A DNA stretch of 64,000 nucleotides from an uncultured virus (IMG/VR IMGVR_UViG_2811995274_000001) (taxonomy: Duplodnaviria; Heunggongvirae; Uroviricota; Caudoviricetes), in IMG/VR virus record IMGVR_UViG_2811995274_000001; one strand, written 5' to 3'. The position numbers and the translations under genes are program-made. Positions 42,045 to 52,792 of this stretch are shown here, in pieces (position 1 is the first letter of the stretch; every line of letters starts with the position of its first letter). The notes beneath the pieces were generated by a model. It worked only from the letters and a program-made list of their open reading frames with translations, was not told the DNA's origin and searched no databases.

Positions 42045-42314
42045 TTAACAGTACCTTCTAACTTCTTTTATAACATTGTTCTTTATTAAACTATCCATAA
42101 TTTTATAAAAGTCAGGTAAATATTTTACAAATTTATCTATCCCACCAGTTTCTAGTCTTAATATACTATCATTTTTCTTAACTAAAAAGAATAACATAAA
42201 ATCTATTTTTTTTATCCAACATTCTTCTTTATCATATTCTTCTTCTTCGAATCCAAATTCTTCTAGAAGATCTTGATTAAGTACTATATATGTTTTGTTA
42301 CCGTATTCGTTCAT
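42045..42314 (-). CDS. Hypothetical protein, paralog of 42694-42951
   Basis: YIVLNQDLLEEFGF versus YVVIDYDKLLQHGF. Confidence 0.55.
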   Translation of the reverse strand: MNEYGNKTYIVLNQDLLEEFGFEEEEYDKEECWIKKIDFMLFFLVKKNDSILRLETGGIDKFVKYLPDFYKIMDSLIKNNVIKEVRRYC

Positions 42315-42693
42315 TATTGTCTCCTAATATTATTATTCTATTGATTGTTTTTGCATATTCGTCAATACTTTTACCATTTATTTTACTGTCTTTAGCATCT
42401 TTATACTTTATATGACAATCCTGCAATACTTCTTCTAATAGTTTTAAATCATCTTCATATTCTTTCATGATTGTAACAACTTTTCTTTAAGTTTTTTAAA
42501 ATCTGCTATCAAATAGTCAACGCATCCAGACAAACCTCTTTTTTTAATGAGTCCGTTCATTAATAAATCTTTAGCTCTATTAATCATTCTCTCTCTAGAT
42601 ATTTTTATATTTAGATGTTGACGTTCTTTGAATGATTGTATTTTTAAATATTCTTTTTGTTTTCTTTTTCTAAATTTTAAACATTTCATAAAA

Positions 42694-42951
42694 CTATTTC
42701 TCCAACCAATTAGATACAATTATAACACAATCTTTTAATAAGTTATCAATTTCTTGCATTATATCGTATAGATTATAAACTCTAAATTTATAATTTGTAC
42801 TAACAAATAGCTCATCAGAATAATGAGTATTAACTACTAGAAAATAATCTCCTATTTGCTTTAAATAAAGATTCTTTTGTTTACTATTATCAAATCCATG
42901 CTGTAAAAGCTTATCATAATCTATAACTACATACTTCATAACAAACATCAC
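42694..42951 (-). CDS. Hypothetical protein, paralog of 42045-42314
   Basis: Shared N-terminal motif and C-terminal D.L.K..VI. Confidence 0.55.
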   Translation of the reverse strand: MMFVMKYVVIDYDKLLQHGFDNSKQKNLYLKQIGDYFLVVNTHYSDELFVSTNYKFRVYNLYDIMQEIDNLLKDCVIIVSNWLEK

Positions 42952-42952
42952 C

Positions 42953-43564
42953 TTAGATAGAGTAAGATACGTTATTAATTATTGTATTGTCTTTGAAAAA
43001 TATTCCTATTACTAACCAATATAAATAATCTATTTCTTTATCTGGTAAATTATCAGAAGTGTGAATATCTATATAATAAATATAATTATGTTCTACATAT
43101 TCTTTTATTATATCTTCAGGAAAGAACATACTTTCTTCTATATATTCTTTATAAAAATTTTCCAATATATAAATTTTCTTTTGTTCATCTGTAAAATTCA
43201 TTATATCTATTCTGTTTTTATAATATTCATTAAACGTTTCATTATAAGTTTCTTTTTCATCTATCAGCTCTAAACAATAATCTAAATATTCATTCCATTG
43301 CCTATTTGGATTTAATAATTTTACATATATCTTATTAATACTTATTTTATCTTTATCATGCTTAAAAACTTCAATAGATTGTTTTAATTTATCTAAATGA
43401 ATACTATTGCTTTTTGAAGAAACTAAGAATATGTCGTGAGTTTCTTTATAACTCATAATATTATTCTCCTTTATTAAGTCATAAATATTAATATTAGTAT
43501 GTTTAAATATCTCATCGATAGATGTTTCATATTCAACTAATTCTTCATCTGTCATATCTTTCAT
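42953..43564 (-). CDS. Acidic hypothetical protein
   Basis: 203-aa ORF. Confidence 0.6.
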   Translation of the reverse strand: MKDMTDEELVEYETSIDEIFKHTNINIYDLIKENNIMSYKETHDIFLVSSKSNSIHLDKLKQSIEVFKHDKDKISINKIYVKLLNPNRQWNEYLDYCLELIDEKETYNETFNEYYKNRIDIMNFTDEQKKIYILENFYKEYIEESMFFPEDIIKEYVEHNYIYYIDIHTSDNLPDKEIDYLYWLVIGIFFKDNTIINNVSYSI

Positions 43565-43579
43565 GTTTTATTACTCCAC

Positions 43580-43891
43580 TTATACCTCGTATATGATTAA
43601 TGTTAACTCTTTATAAGTGTTTTCTCTTATTGGTTTAAATTTTAAACAAATTAAATCAATTACTTTATCTATTGTATTCATCTTAGATTCTGCTGCTTCA
43701 GTTTTTATTTCATTAAGAATGTTATCAACAATTCTTAACAAATACTCTTCATAGTCTTTATCTAATCTTTTACTTTCGTCAATATCATATTTTAATTCTC
43801 TTGTAAAATTATAAATTTGATTCTTATAATCAATACCTATTTCTAGTATAATTTTTATTTGTGAGTTCTTATAGTATTTTAATATTTCCAT
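43580..43891 (-). CDS. MEIVK-family protein
   Basis: Starts MEILKYYK. Confidence 0.6.
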   Translation of the reverse strand: MEILKYYKNSQIKIILEIGIDYKNQIYNFTRELKYDIDESKRLDKDYEEYLLRIVDNILNEIKTEAAESKMNTIDKVIDLICLKFKPIRENTYKELTLIIYEV

Positions 43892-43904
43892 ATCATCACA
43901 CCTT

Positions 43905-44504
43905 TTAACTAATTAAAATATAAATTTTTATATCAAAAATATGCGTAAATTCTATATTCTTAAAACAAGAATACATTTGATAACTATTAACTATTTTTTT
44001 ATCTTCATAATCTTTACCTAGTTTTATATAGTCTATATTACTATAATGATTATTAAGTCTATAATATATTCTTATATCATTATTTTTTACTGACAAATAC
44101 ACTCTATCATTATTGTATAAAATATATTTTTTTTCTAATAAACATATTTTATTGTCTTTTAGAAATTTAGATGGTAAAGAAATAATTCCTAAAACTTTAT
44201 GTCTATTAGTAATTGATATGAATATGACATAAAAATCATTATTTTTATAAAATGATATTTTATTGATTTCTTGCATATCTGGTATAAAATAAGTTCCTAT
44301 TAATGTTTCTTGTTTATCATATAGGTTTACTGTAAGATAAGGTATTATATCATATTGTTCTTGAAGCAAATTGATTTTAGCAAAAAATCCATTAGAAAAA
44401 TTTATTTGATAAAAAGATTTAGAATATGGGTATTGACATTTAAAATTCAATGCTTCATAAAAATATTTACTATCTATAGAAGCATATTCAATAAAATAAG
44501 ACAT
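43905..44504 (-). CDS. Hypothetical protein, paralog of 45079-45660
   Basis: I.S...Y.AL...INFSNGF...LY. Confidence 0.6.
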   Translation of the reverse strand: MSYFIEYASIDSKYFYEALNFKCQYPYSKSFYQINFSNGFFAKINLLQEQYDIIPYLTVNLYDKQETLIGTYFIPDMQEINKISFYKNNDFYVIFISITNRHKVLGIISLPSKFLKDNKICLLEKKYILYNNDRVYLSVKNNDIRIYYRLNNHYSNIDYIKLGKDYEDKKIVNSYQMYSCFKNIEFTHIFDIKIYILIS

Positions 44505-44506
44505 TA

Positions 44507-45076
44507 TTATTCTCCTCTTAAATCTATCATATATGCTTTAGGAACACCATCTATAATCTTGCATCTACTAGATATCCATTTTTGACATAGAATAGAACGA
44601 TTATTATATATTGGGAAAAGACGATAATTATAAATCTGTAAATGATAATTCTTATTTTCTTTCTTTTTTATAAATAAATCTATATCTGGATACTTTTTAT
44701 CAGATCTATATCTAAATAGAAATCTTTTATCATTAAAAGTAGATTTGATTTTACATATTTTAGACCGTGATAGAACTATTCTATTCAAAATAATTTTGTT
44801 ACATACATTAATGTATATTTTATATTGTTTATTATTATGTTCTATTAAAAAGTAATTATTTAACTTATCCAGCAAATTAGAGGTTCCAATATTAAAAAGA
44901 TTTATGCAGAACAAAAGTTTATTACCTTTATTCTGTATAATCAAATATCCTTTATGACAAATAGATTTTTCATTTACATAATAAGCATTAATAGGAACTT
45001 CCTTAGTACATTCTTTCATGTTTTTTGTTTCATGATATAGAAAAAGTAGTGGAATATAAATATTCATATAAATCAT
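44507..45076 (-). CDS. Hypothetical protein, probably related to the flanking ORFs
   Basis: Similar length; RLFPI...L..KWI shared with 45079-45660. Confidence 0.6.
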   Translation of the reverse strand: MIYMNIYIPLLFLYHETKNMKECTKEVPINAYYVNEKSICHKGYLIIQNKGNKLLFCINLFNIGTSNLLDKLNNYFLIEHNNKQYKIYINVCNKIILNRIVLSRSKICKIKSTFNDKRFLFRYRSDKKYPDIDLFIKKKENKNYHLQIYNYRLFPIYNNRSILCQKWISSRCKIIDGVPKAYMIDLRGE

Positions 45077-45078
45077 TA

Positions 45079-45660
45079 TTATTTCTTTTGTATATTAACT
45101 ACATATACACATTCATCTAAATCTTTATATGCTATCCATTTACCATATAATTCTTTATTGTTATTTTTGGAAATAGGATATAGCCTACGAATTGTATTAT
45201 TCTTTTTAATTAATACTCCATAACAGTTCATACAATTATCATATTCAGAAGAATATTTGAAAATATCTACTTCTAATTGCTTTTTATTGTCTTTATAATG
45301 AATTTTATGGTCATGTAAGTTCTTAATAGATATTAAATCATTAGATAAATTTATATTGATATAATCAATGTAACAATCTTTTTCTATTATTTCAATATTA
45401 TACGTATCTCCTTCAAAACAAACAGAATATATGTTTGGTAACATTATTCTGTTAAAATTATCCATACAGACAGGAATTTTATATGAATTATATAAAACTA
45501 TACCAATAGAAATTGGATCGTGGTTTCTTTTTATCATTATACTAAAACCATTATCAAAATTAACATTTATAAAATTATCGTCATATAAATTGATTAAGGC
45601 ATCATAAAGATATTCTTTTAACAACGAATTTATTTCTATTGTTTTATAATATATAGCCAT
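45079..45660 (-). CDS. Hypothetical protein
   Basis: VNFDNGF; RLYPI...LYGKWI. Confidence 0.6.
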   Translation of the reverse strand: MAIYYKTIEINSLLKEYLYDALINLYDDNFINVNFDNGFSIMIKRNHDPISIGIVLYNSYKIPVCMDNFNRIMLPNIYSVCFEGDTYNIEIIEKDCYIDYININLSNDLISIKNLHDHKIHYKDNKKQLEVDIFKYSSEYDNCMNCYGVLIKKNNTIRRLYPISKNNNKELYGKWIAYKDLDECVYVVNIQKK

Positions 45661-46020
45661 AATAATTTGCTCCTTTTTACTATTTTTCTTTTATATAATA
45701 TGTTTCACTACTATAGGGAGATACTTTATATACACCTTCTAAGTTTTCTTTGGTAGAAGGTCGTTCTACTGCATTAAAACCATTAACAAATAAGCTTGTA
45801 TTAAAAACATTCTCATATCCATAACGTTTTAAATTACTAACCATAAAAGTTATTTTTTTATCTTTAATACAAAGTATTTTAATGTAACAAATAGGATTAT
45901 TTAATACATATTCTTTTATTTGTTTAACTTCATTATAAGATAATATTATAACATATTTTTTATCATGCATTATATAAAAAAATATTCCCTTTCAGTAAAA
46001 TACTATGATTACTAATCAAA

Positions 46021-46506
46021 TTAAAATGTGAGTGTGATGTTAATAAAAACATCATCAGCCATAACAATAACATCATAAATATCATTATTTTTATCTTGAG
46101 AAATAAAAAGTATTTTTATTTTTTTATTATTTATTATAATAATTTTACCATAATACTTATCATTACATCGTTTTATTCTTTCAATTTCATTATTAGATAA
46201 AATAACCACATGATTTATATGATTGATATTAGACCAATTCTTAGGAATTTGTCCACAATTAAATCTAAACATACATGTAGAACAATATTTTCCATCTTTA
46301 AAATAATTCTTTAGTAAATTAATAGCTTCTTTTTGTTCTATATTTTTATTCTCATAGTCATGATAAAAACAAGGATCTTTACATCTTATATCACGCAGCT
46401 TACAATTTATACAATTATCAAAAGCATTATTGTTATAATTTTCTTTACAATAATTTCTTAATATTGTTATTGCATTATTTATATCTTTTATAGACATTTT
46501 TATCAT
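46021..46506 (-). CDS. Cys-rich repeat hypothetical protein
   Basis: Two AI..L.NY....C..C.....C repeats. Confidence 0.55.
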   Translation of the reverse strand: MIKMSIKDINNAITILRNYCKENYNNNAFDNCINCKLRDIRCKDPCFYHDYENKNIEQKEAINLLKNYFKDGKYCSTCMFRFNCGQIPKNWSNINHINHVVILSNNEIERIKRCNDKYYGKIIIINNKKIKILFISQDKNNDIYDVIVMADDVFINITLTF

Positions 46507-46530
46507 TTCCCTTTTTATATCTTTTAAAAA

Positions 46531-47010
46531 TCAACCTCCACTTAAAGGATCAATACAATCCCACATATAATTATCAAATTTAACAACTTCTGATTTAATT
46601 ACTTTTCCTTTAGATACTTCTATATCTAAATTAAATTCCATACCTCTTTCAAAAGCATATATTTTTAAATCTATATTATATTTTTTAGAAATTTTTAACA
46701 ACTGTTCGGTATAAATAGTCCATGCGAACTTAGCATCTAAGCATACGATTACTTCATCTTTTTCTTCGTTATAATAATTACAAATATAATTATCTGGATA
46801 TACAAAACCTCGTCTAGTACCTTCTATCCAAAAATGACTAAGATTTTTAGATGGAATATAATTTATATCTCCATATTCATCAACATAAAACCTAGACTCT
46901 TTTACATCATTTCCTATATAATCTACAGCAATTAAACCATTTGTTAAAAAGTTAATAACGTCTTGTTTTATGCCTCTTATTTTTAAAATTCCACAACACC
47001 AGTTTGGCAT
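46531..47010 (-). CDS. MPNWC-type (YubB/DUF1281-like) protein
   Basis: MPNWC.G.L.I.G start, F.AW, E.GM.F. Confidence 0.6.
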   Translation of the reverse strand: MPNWCCGILKIRGIKQDVINFLTNGLIAVDYIGNDVKESRFYVDEYGDINYIPSKNLSHFWIEGTRRGFVYPDNYICNYYNEEKDEVIVCLDAKFAWTIYTEQLLKISKKYNIDLKIYAFERGMEFNLDIEVSKGKVIKSEVVKFDNYMWDCIDPLSGG

Positions 47011-47014
47011 ATAT

Positions 47015-47407
47015 TTACACCTCTTTAACTTTTATATAAGTATCTCCATATCTTTTACAATCTATACATTTATCTAGTTTTTTTTCTTTACTTTCGCAGA
47101 ATATATATCTTCCACAATGATCTAGATTAAATTTATATTTAGGTCTTAAGTTAGAATTTTGCTTACAAAAATAACTTTCTTTCAATAGATTATAATATCG
47201 TTCATCGTTCATTTCTTGCATAAAATCTTCTAATCTATAAGCCAAAGCTTGATATTTTTCATTAATAGGTATTTTATAGCATATAACTAAATTTTTATTA
47301 CTATAAACATCTTTTGCAACATCAATAATCTTATATCTTGTACCATCATACTTGATCCATATATCATCTATTCTTGGTATATCTCTATTTTTTATCATAT
47401 AAAACAA
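47015..47407 (-). CDS. DUF1653-like protein
   Basis: G..Y.II.VA......LVI.Y......A..L..FM.E......Y.F. Confidence 0.55.
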   Translation of the reverse strand: MFYMIKNRDIPRIDDIWIKYDGTRYKIIDVAKDVYSNKNLVICYKIPINEKYQALAYRLEDFMQEMNDERYYNLLKESYFCKQNSNLRPKYKFNLDHCGRYIFCESKEKKLDKCIDCKRYGDTYIKVKEV

Positions 47408-47417
47408 TTATCCTCTT

Positions 47418-47819
47418 TTAAATTAAAAGTAAACTTTCTGCCTGGAGCATAATAGACACTAATTTTTGTATATAGTATCCCAGCATTTCTTTATCAGAAT
47501 AATCTATTTCTTTTTCTATACAAAAATCGTTTGTGACATAAAAATCATTTGATGCAACTATCTTTTTTAATAGTAACATCTTATTTTCATCATTCAATCC
47601 TTGCATAGTTAATCTGCTAATAGAATTTTTATCATCAGTTATTACTATTCTATTAAAATTAAGAACTTTTATATATATTTCAATAAAATCGTTATCCATA
47701 TTCATACAAGGAGTAACTATAGAATATACTTGTTCTTTTTTATTATTACTTATTAACTTTATTGTCAAATTATCAGTTAACCATTCTTGATATTTACATA
47801 TTATATTAATCATATTCAT
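47418..47819 (-). CDS. DUF1828-like protein
   Basis: Y..WL...IVTP....NDFIEIY...ITDD...I..L...G. Confidence 0.6.
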   Translation of the reverse strand: MNMINIICKYQEWLTDNLTIKLISNNKKEQVYSIVTPCMNMDNDFIEIYIKVLNFNRIVITDDKNSISRLTMQGLNDENKMLLLKKIVASNDFYVTNDFCIEKEIDYSDKEMLGYYIQKLVSIMLQAESLLLI

Positions 47820-48478
47820 TAAAATTCCTTCTTTAAAGCCACTATTGTTCTTGAAGTAGATGGCATATAAAATTGTTGAGATTCATTATTTTCTCCTAAT
47901 TCAAAAACAATATCAATTGCTTTTTTTAATGTTTGAATATTCATATTAATTAAATTTGCTCCTATTTGACAAGCAGTATTAAACATATCAAGTGTATTAT
48001 TTTTAGATGTAATCCAACAATTCTTTTTAAAATCCCAAACCATATCAATACCATATATATAATTATATGCAACACATTCTTTAGCTATTTTAGCTAATTT
48101 ATAATAAAATTCATCTTGTTTTTTTACATTAATTCTCATATGTTTTCTGATACAATTAGCCACATAATTATCTTTTAATTTTAAACAAGTCATTTTTATT
48201 TCCTCACTTCTTATTAGTTTTATTTTTTAAATGTTCTTTTTCTTCATTAGTCAATAGCTTTTTTGAAGGCTCAAAATAAATAACATCTTCTAAGTCCTCA
48301 TAAGTATTACACATCCAACAAAGATTTACATTCTCTTTGTCATACCATGCGCAATAGTCGCATGACGGACGTATCGTAAAAATAGAATAATCAACACAAG
48401 CAGTGCAAGGATATTGATCTGGATAAGATTTATTTTTATATACACACATAGAACAATCTTTTATCATTTTATCACCTT

Positions 48479-49108
48479 TCAATCATATTCCTTTTTTATA
48501 ATTTTATAAGATAAATTTTTTGTTTCCTCATTGCTTATGATACATACTTCATGCATGTCAGCTATTTGAATACAATAACCTTGATACATATCATTTATAA
48601 TATCAAAATTATTGTTAAAATCATAAATAAAATCATTTAACTGTGATCTTATTTTATGTACATTAAATCTTTTTGCTCTACATGTATTATAAATACTAAT
48701 TATGAATCGAATATTATCTTTATTATCTATAAAATTAATAATAAATGATAAATCATTTTCTAAATTAGTACATTCTAAACCTGTTTCTATTGTTTCATAT
48801 ACTTTATTTTTGATATCTTCTATATCTGTATAAGAATCAATAAAAACAACTCCATCTATAATACCTTTTATATCAACCAATGTGTTTTCATCTATTTTCA
48901 TCTCCTTTACCTCTACATTTATTGAATTATTATTTATATCTGCTTTAGACAATTTAAAGATAGATGCTAAAGCTGATACATTTGGAGTACGTTTATTATT
49001 TTCCCACATACTTATTGTACTTCGCTTTACACCTATCTTATTAGCTAATTGTTTTTGAGACAAATAATTTCGTTTTCTTATTTGTCGAATAGTATCTCCT
49101 ATATTCAT
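48479..49108 (-). CDS. XRE-family HTH transcriptional regulator
   Basis: IRQIRKR..LSQKQLA.KIGV.RSTISMWENN.R.P. Confidence 0.85.
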   Translation of the reverse strand: MNIGDTIRQIRKRNYLSQKQLANKIGVKRSTISMWENNKRTPNVSALASIFKLSKADINNNSINVEVKEMKIDENTLVDIKGIIDGVVFIDSYTDIEDIKNKVYETIETGLECTNLENDLSFIINFIDNKDNIRFIISIYNTCRAKRFNVHKIRSQLNDFIYDFNNNFDIINDMYQGYCIQIADMHEVCIISNEETKNLSYKIIKKEYD

Positions 49109-49124
49109 AAGCTATTATTCCTTT

Positions 49125-49769
49125 TTAATCTTCATACTTTGCGTACTTCATTAATTTTCTTGTAATAAATAAAGAAGTTAAACAAGAAATGATAAGTGCT
49201 ACACATTGTAGCGTTAAAGCCATATCACATGAAAAATCAATATTATAATAAGTTATTATCATTATAGATATTGTACCTAAAAGAATAGATATTTGTTCAA
49301 AACCTTCTTTACGACTATTTAATATAGATAAATCAGAACCATTAGTAATATTATTCATTATGTCACCAATTATTCTAAAAATCATTCCACTCATTAAAAC
49401 ATTTAATAATGAAATAGCTATAAATCTATAATTTGGTAGATGAGCAAAAATTATATTACAGTATATAGTTAAAACACAATCTAAAATACATAAATGTATA
49501 AAATATTTTCTTAATATCGTTAGCTTATTTTTATTAAACCATAAATTAATTAATCCACCTAATCCATATTCTATAAGTCTAGACATCTGATACCATATAG
49601 GATCTACGCTACTCATCATAGTAATTATTATGACTGGAGATGTAAATGCAAAAATAATCATAGCAACACTTTCAGCTATAACATCCCATTTAATTAAATT
49701 TATTGCTTTAGGATCTAAGTCTTGAATAGAATTAAATCCTAAAGTTTTAATAGTTTCTTTAGTTAACAT
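49125..49769 (-). CDS. Multi-pass membrane protein (half-MFS-like)
   Basis: About six hydrophobic segments. Confidence 0.55.
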   Translation of the reverse strand: MLTKETIKTLGFNSIQDLDPKAINLIKWDVIAESVAMIIFAFTSPVIIITMMSSVDPIWYQMSRLIEYGLGGLINLWFNKNKLTILRKYFIHLCILDCVLTIYCNIIFAHLPNYRFIAISLLNVLMSGMIFRIIGDIMNNITNGSDLSILNSRKEGFEQISILLGTISIMIITYYNIDFSCDMALTLQCVALIISCLTSLFITRKLMKYAKYED

Positions 49770-49778
49770 TATTATCCT

Positions 49779-50159
49779 TTATTCAATATAATAATTTATA
49801 TTATCGTATTTATAGTTTGTTATTGTTACACTTTTTTGATAATCATCAATGCAACAATATAATTCATCACACATATACTGTTTTTCTAAATATTTAACGA
49901 ATGTATAAAATTCTGCGCATACATTAGGTAAATATCTATCTCTTAAATGACCATAAACATTAATTATATATTTAACAAAATCATTATTAACATTATCTAT
50001 TAGATTAATACTAATAAAAATTTTCCCTTCAGAACCTTTTATAACAGGCCCATCGTTTATAACTTTTTCAATCTTTTGAATAAGTTCTTCTCTGGTTAAA
50101 TTATTATCATTTTCTATTTGGGATATGATCATTCCTCTTAAATTTACCCATTTACTCAT
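49779..50159 (-). CDS. Hypothetical protein, paralog of 37265-37726
   Basis: MSKW...PVIKGSE...VYGHLRDR. Confidence 0.65.
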   Translation of the reverse strand: MSKWVNLRGMIISQIENDNNLTREELIQKIEKVINDGPVIKGSEGKIFISINLIDNVNNDFVKYIINVYGHLRDRYLPNVCAEFYTFVKYLEKQYMCDELYCCIDDYQKSVTITNYKYDNINYYIE

Positions 50160-50593
50160 TTTAATTCCTTCTTATTATCAATAATCAAACCTTTTATGGG
50201 CGAATATCGTTCTTTTACAATAAAATCTCCTACAAAGTTTGAAGAATTTTTATTTAAAACATTTTCTAATGGTCTAGATGTAATGAAATACTTTTTTCCA
50301 GTTAGATTAGTATTGCAAACTTCGTTTACTTCTTCTAGTAAAAAATTATCCATTACAATTAAATAACTAGGACTTAGCTCTTTCATTTTTACAATATAAT
50401 TATCATCAGTAATGATGCCTGAATCGTATACATATCCTTTATTTAGAACATCTTCTGGTTCAATAGGTTCAAATACAGATATATTGTCTCCAGGAATTAA
50501 TTCCATAAAAGATTTAATTTCATATGCTTTATTATTAATTTTTTTTAATGTTAATCTTAAATTATTATTTTTATTCATTCTTATTTTTCTACC

Positions 50594-51079
50594 TCATTTT
50601 TTGTTTAAATAAACTAATGGCTCTATATAACCGCCAATATTTCTTTCATACACTTCTATTACTTTATTCATATTTTTTCTAGCATCTTCATATGTTTTAA
50701 ATAGATTTCCAGTTAAAAACAAAGCTTTATCTTTTAATCCCATCCATATAGACTCTTTAATATAATATTCATTATTATTTATTTCTTGGTCTATATAATA
50801 ATATCTTTGTCCTTTATTCGGAACCCAAAAAGATAAACTTATATTATTACTATGATAAAACAATAAATTCAGTATGCGATCATCTTCAAATTCTGTAAGG
50901 ATATATGTTTCCCATTCATCATTTTTGTTTTTATAGTCTACACATATCTCTTTTTTCTTTTTTTCGATTATAAAACTACCATTAAATAAATCACATTCAA
51001 TTTTATATGTTTGTCCGTATTCTATATTAGCTTTTTTCATTAAAAATTCAAAAGCTTCAATTTGATTATCAGTTAACAT
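50594..51079 (-). CDS. Phage hypothetical protein, paralog of 52330-52773
   Basis: W.P.....YYI...D.ALFL.GN.FK...A..N. Confidence 0.6.
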   Translation of the reverse strand: MLTDNQIEAFEFLMKKANIEYGQTYKIECDLFNGSFIIEKKKKEICVDYKNKNDEWETYILTEFEDDRILNLLFYHSNNISLSFWVPNKGQRYYYIDQEINNNEYYIKESIWMGLKDKALFLTGNLFKTYEDARKNMNKVIEVYERNIGGYIEPLVYLNKK

Positions 51080-51100
51080 TTTTACGATACTCCTATTTAA

Positions 51101-51694
51101 TTATAATCTTAAAGCTTGTTCTGCTAATTTAGTTGCTAAATCAATTGGACCATTATTATACTTGTTTACTTTTTTAAAATTAATCATATCTAAATGTTGT
51201 TCAGATAAAAAAATATATTTATTTACAAGTCTTTTATTTGCATTCCAATTACCTAAGGCCCATTCAGATAAACCGATATAAGTATGGCAAATTGTGATTT
51301 TTTTATTATTAGCAACAGCCCATTTAATCGCTTTCATAGCTGCTTGAATTTGTCCAGCCATTTCATACAATCCAGTATTATCTTCAGAAATACTTTCTCC
51401 ATTAAAAGTATCTACTAGTTTATTATCTTTATAAATTACAAGGCCCCAGCCATATCTATTATTTTCATAATATCCATCTATATAAAGATAATAAGTATCG
51501 TCTTGGCTAAAAGTATTTGTAAATAAAGCATGTTTTAAATAATCTTCTGCTTCTTTTTTTGTCCAAAAAGATTTAAATAAAGCTCCTTCAACGCCAATAA
51601 CTTGTTTTTCACATTCTTCCCATGTATTGAATATACCTGTACTTAAACCTCTTTTTACTGCATAGAATTTTTTATTATTCATTTTTATCACCAC
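51101..51694 (-). CDS. RNase HI with N-terminal hybrid-binding (viroplasmin) domain, active site degenerate
   Basis: KFYAVKRG..TGIF.TWEEC..QV.G..GA.FKSF....EA; YIDG; AGQI (E to Q), CHTY (D to T), ATKLA (D to T). Confidence 0.8.
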   Translation of the reverse strand: MVIKMNNKKFYAVKRGLSTGIFNTWEECEKQVIGVEGALFKSFWTKKEAEDYLKHALFTNTFSQDDTYYLYIDGYYENNRYGWGLVIYKDNKLVDTFNGESISEDNTGLYEMAGQIQAAMKAIKWAVANNKKITICHTYIGLSEWALGNWNANKRLVNKYIFLSEQHLDMINFKKVNKYNNGPIDLATKLAEQALRL

Positions 51695-51867
51695 TCAGCC
51701 GGATGAATAGGGAATATACATTTTTTATTTTTATAAAATGAACATTCCTCATCATTACATCCACCATTCCAACATATGCTTTCAATGCCTTTTACCAATA
51801 AAGGAAAATTCTGTTCTATTAAAACTTTTTCAATCATTTTTTTAACTTCTTTTTTAACCATATAATC

Positions 51868-52320
51868 TTACCTATTTAATATTTTTTCTGCCAAATCAGG
51901 ATCATCCCATTTATTACTATAATGACGAAACTTATGTATATCTATCATATTGTATCCATAAGCATCACACAAAATATAAAATTCACAATCATAATCATCA
52001 TATATAATTAAACCTTTTAAGGCATCATCATATTCATCCTGATAGAACCCATCTGCAATATCTTGTAAAACATCATCATCTAATTCTCTAGCTAAGATAT
52101 CTCCTTCAAAATACATTTCGCCTCCTAAAAATGAGTTTGCTACAAATTGACTTACTGTATTTGGATCTACCTTAATAATATCTTTTGTTCCTTTTGGATT
52201 TATAAATACTTCATTTGTATTACCATAATTATCTAATAAGTTACCAAAAACCCAATCACCTTTTTTGTATATTGCATTATTATCTTCTATACATTTTCCT
52301 CTAAATAAATTTTGTTTCAT
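51868..52320 (-). CDS. YopX family protein
   Basis: LFRGK...WVFGNL...VDP.TV.QF...FEGDIL...N..D.PDL. Confidence 0.75.
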   Translation of the reverse strand: MKQNLFRGKCIEDNNAIYKKGDWVFGNLLDNYGNTNEVFINPKGTKDIIKVDPNTVSQFVANSFLGGEMYFEGDILARELDDDVLQDIADGFYQDEYDDALKGLIIYDDYDCEFYILCDAYGYNMIDIHKFRHYSNKWDDPDLAEKILNR

Positions 52321-52329
52321 ATTATTTTC

Positions 52330-52773
52330 TCATTCCTTATTTAAATCCATAAAAGGTTTATCTCTATTTAATATTTGAAGCATTTTTTCTTTATTCTCTT
52401 CTGCTTCTTTATTGTTTTTAAAGCAATTTCCTATTAAAAACAAAGCAGTGTCACTTGGATCTCCTGAATCATATGATCTAGAAAAAATGTTTCCTCTTTT
52501 AGTAACATACCAAAATTTTTCATTATCTTTAGGTTTCCATATTGGTTTAATAATCTTATATCCTTCACAAAACATAATTAACATGAGCCAACTTAAATCT
52601 GCTTCTTTCCATTCATTTCTATAAAATCTTATTTTAGGTATAGTTCCATACGTTCCTTCTTCTTCTGTTATTTTATATTTAATTGCATTGTTACCATTTT
52701 TAACTACAAAAGGTACATCAAAATCAATATTGTTTTCTGTCATAAATTTTCTTAATAAATACTTATTTTTCAT
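52330..52773 (-). CDS. Phage hypothetical protein
   Basis: WKPK.NE.FWYV...D.ALFLIGNCFK..EAE. Confidence 0.6.
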   Translation of the reverse strand: MKNKYLLRKFMTENNIDFDVPFVVKNGNNAIKYKITEEEGTYGTIPKIRFYRNEWKEADLSWLMLIMFCEGYKIIKPIWKPKDNEKFWYVTKRGNIFSRSYDSGDPSDTALFLIGNCFKNNKEAEENKEKMLQILNRDKPFMDLNKE

Positions 52774-52792
52774 TGTATTTCCCTTTCTTTAT

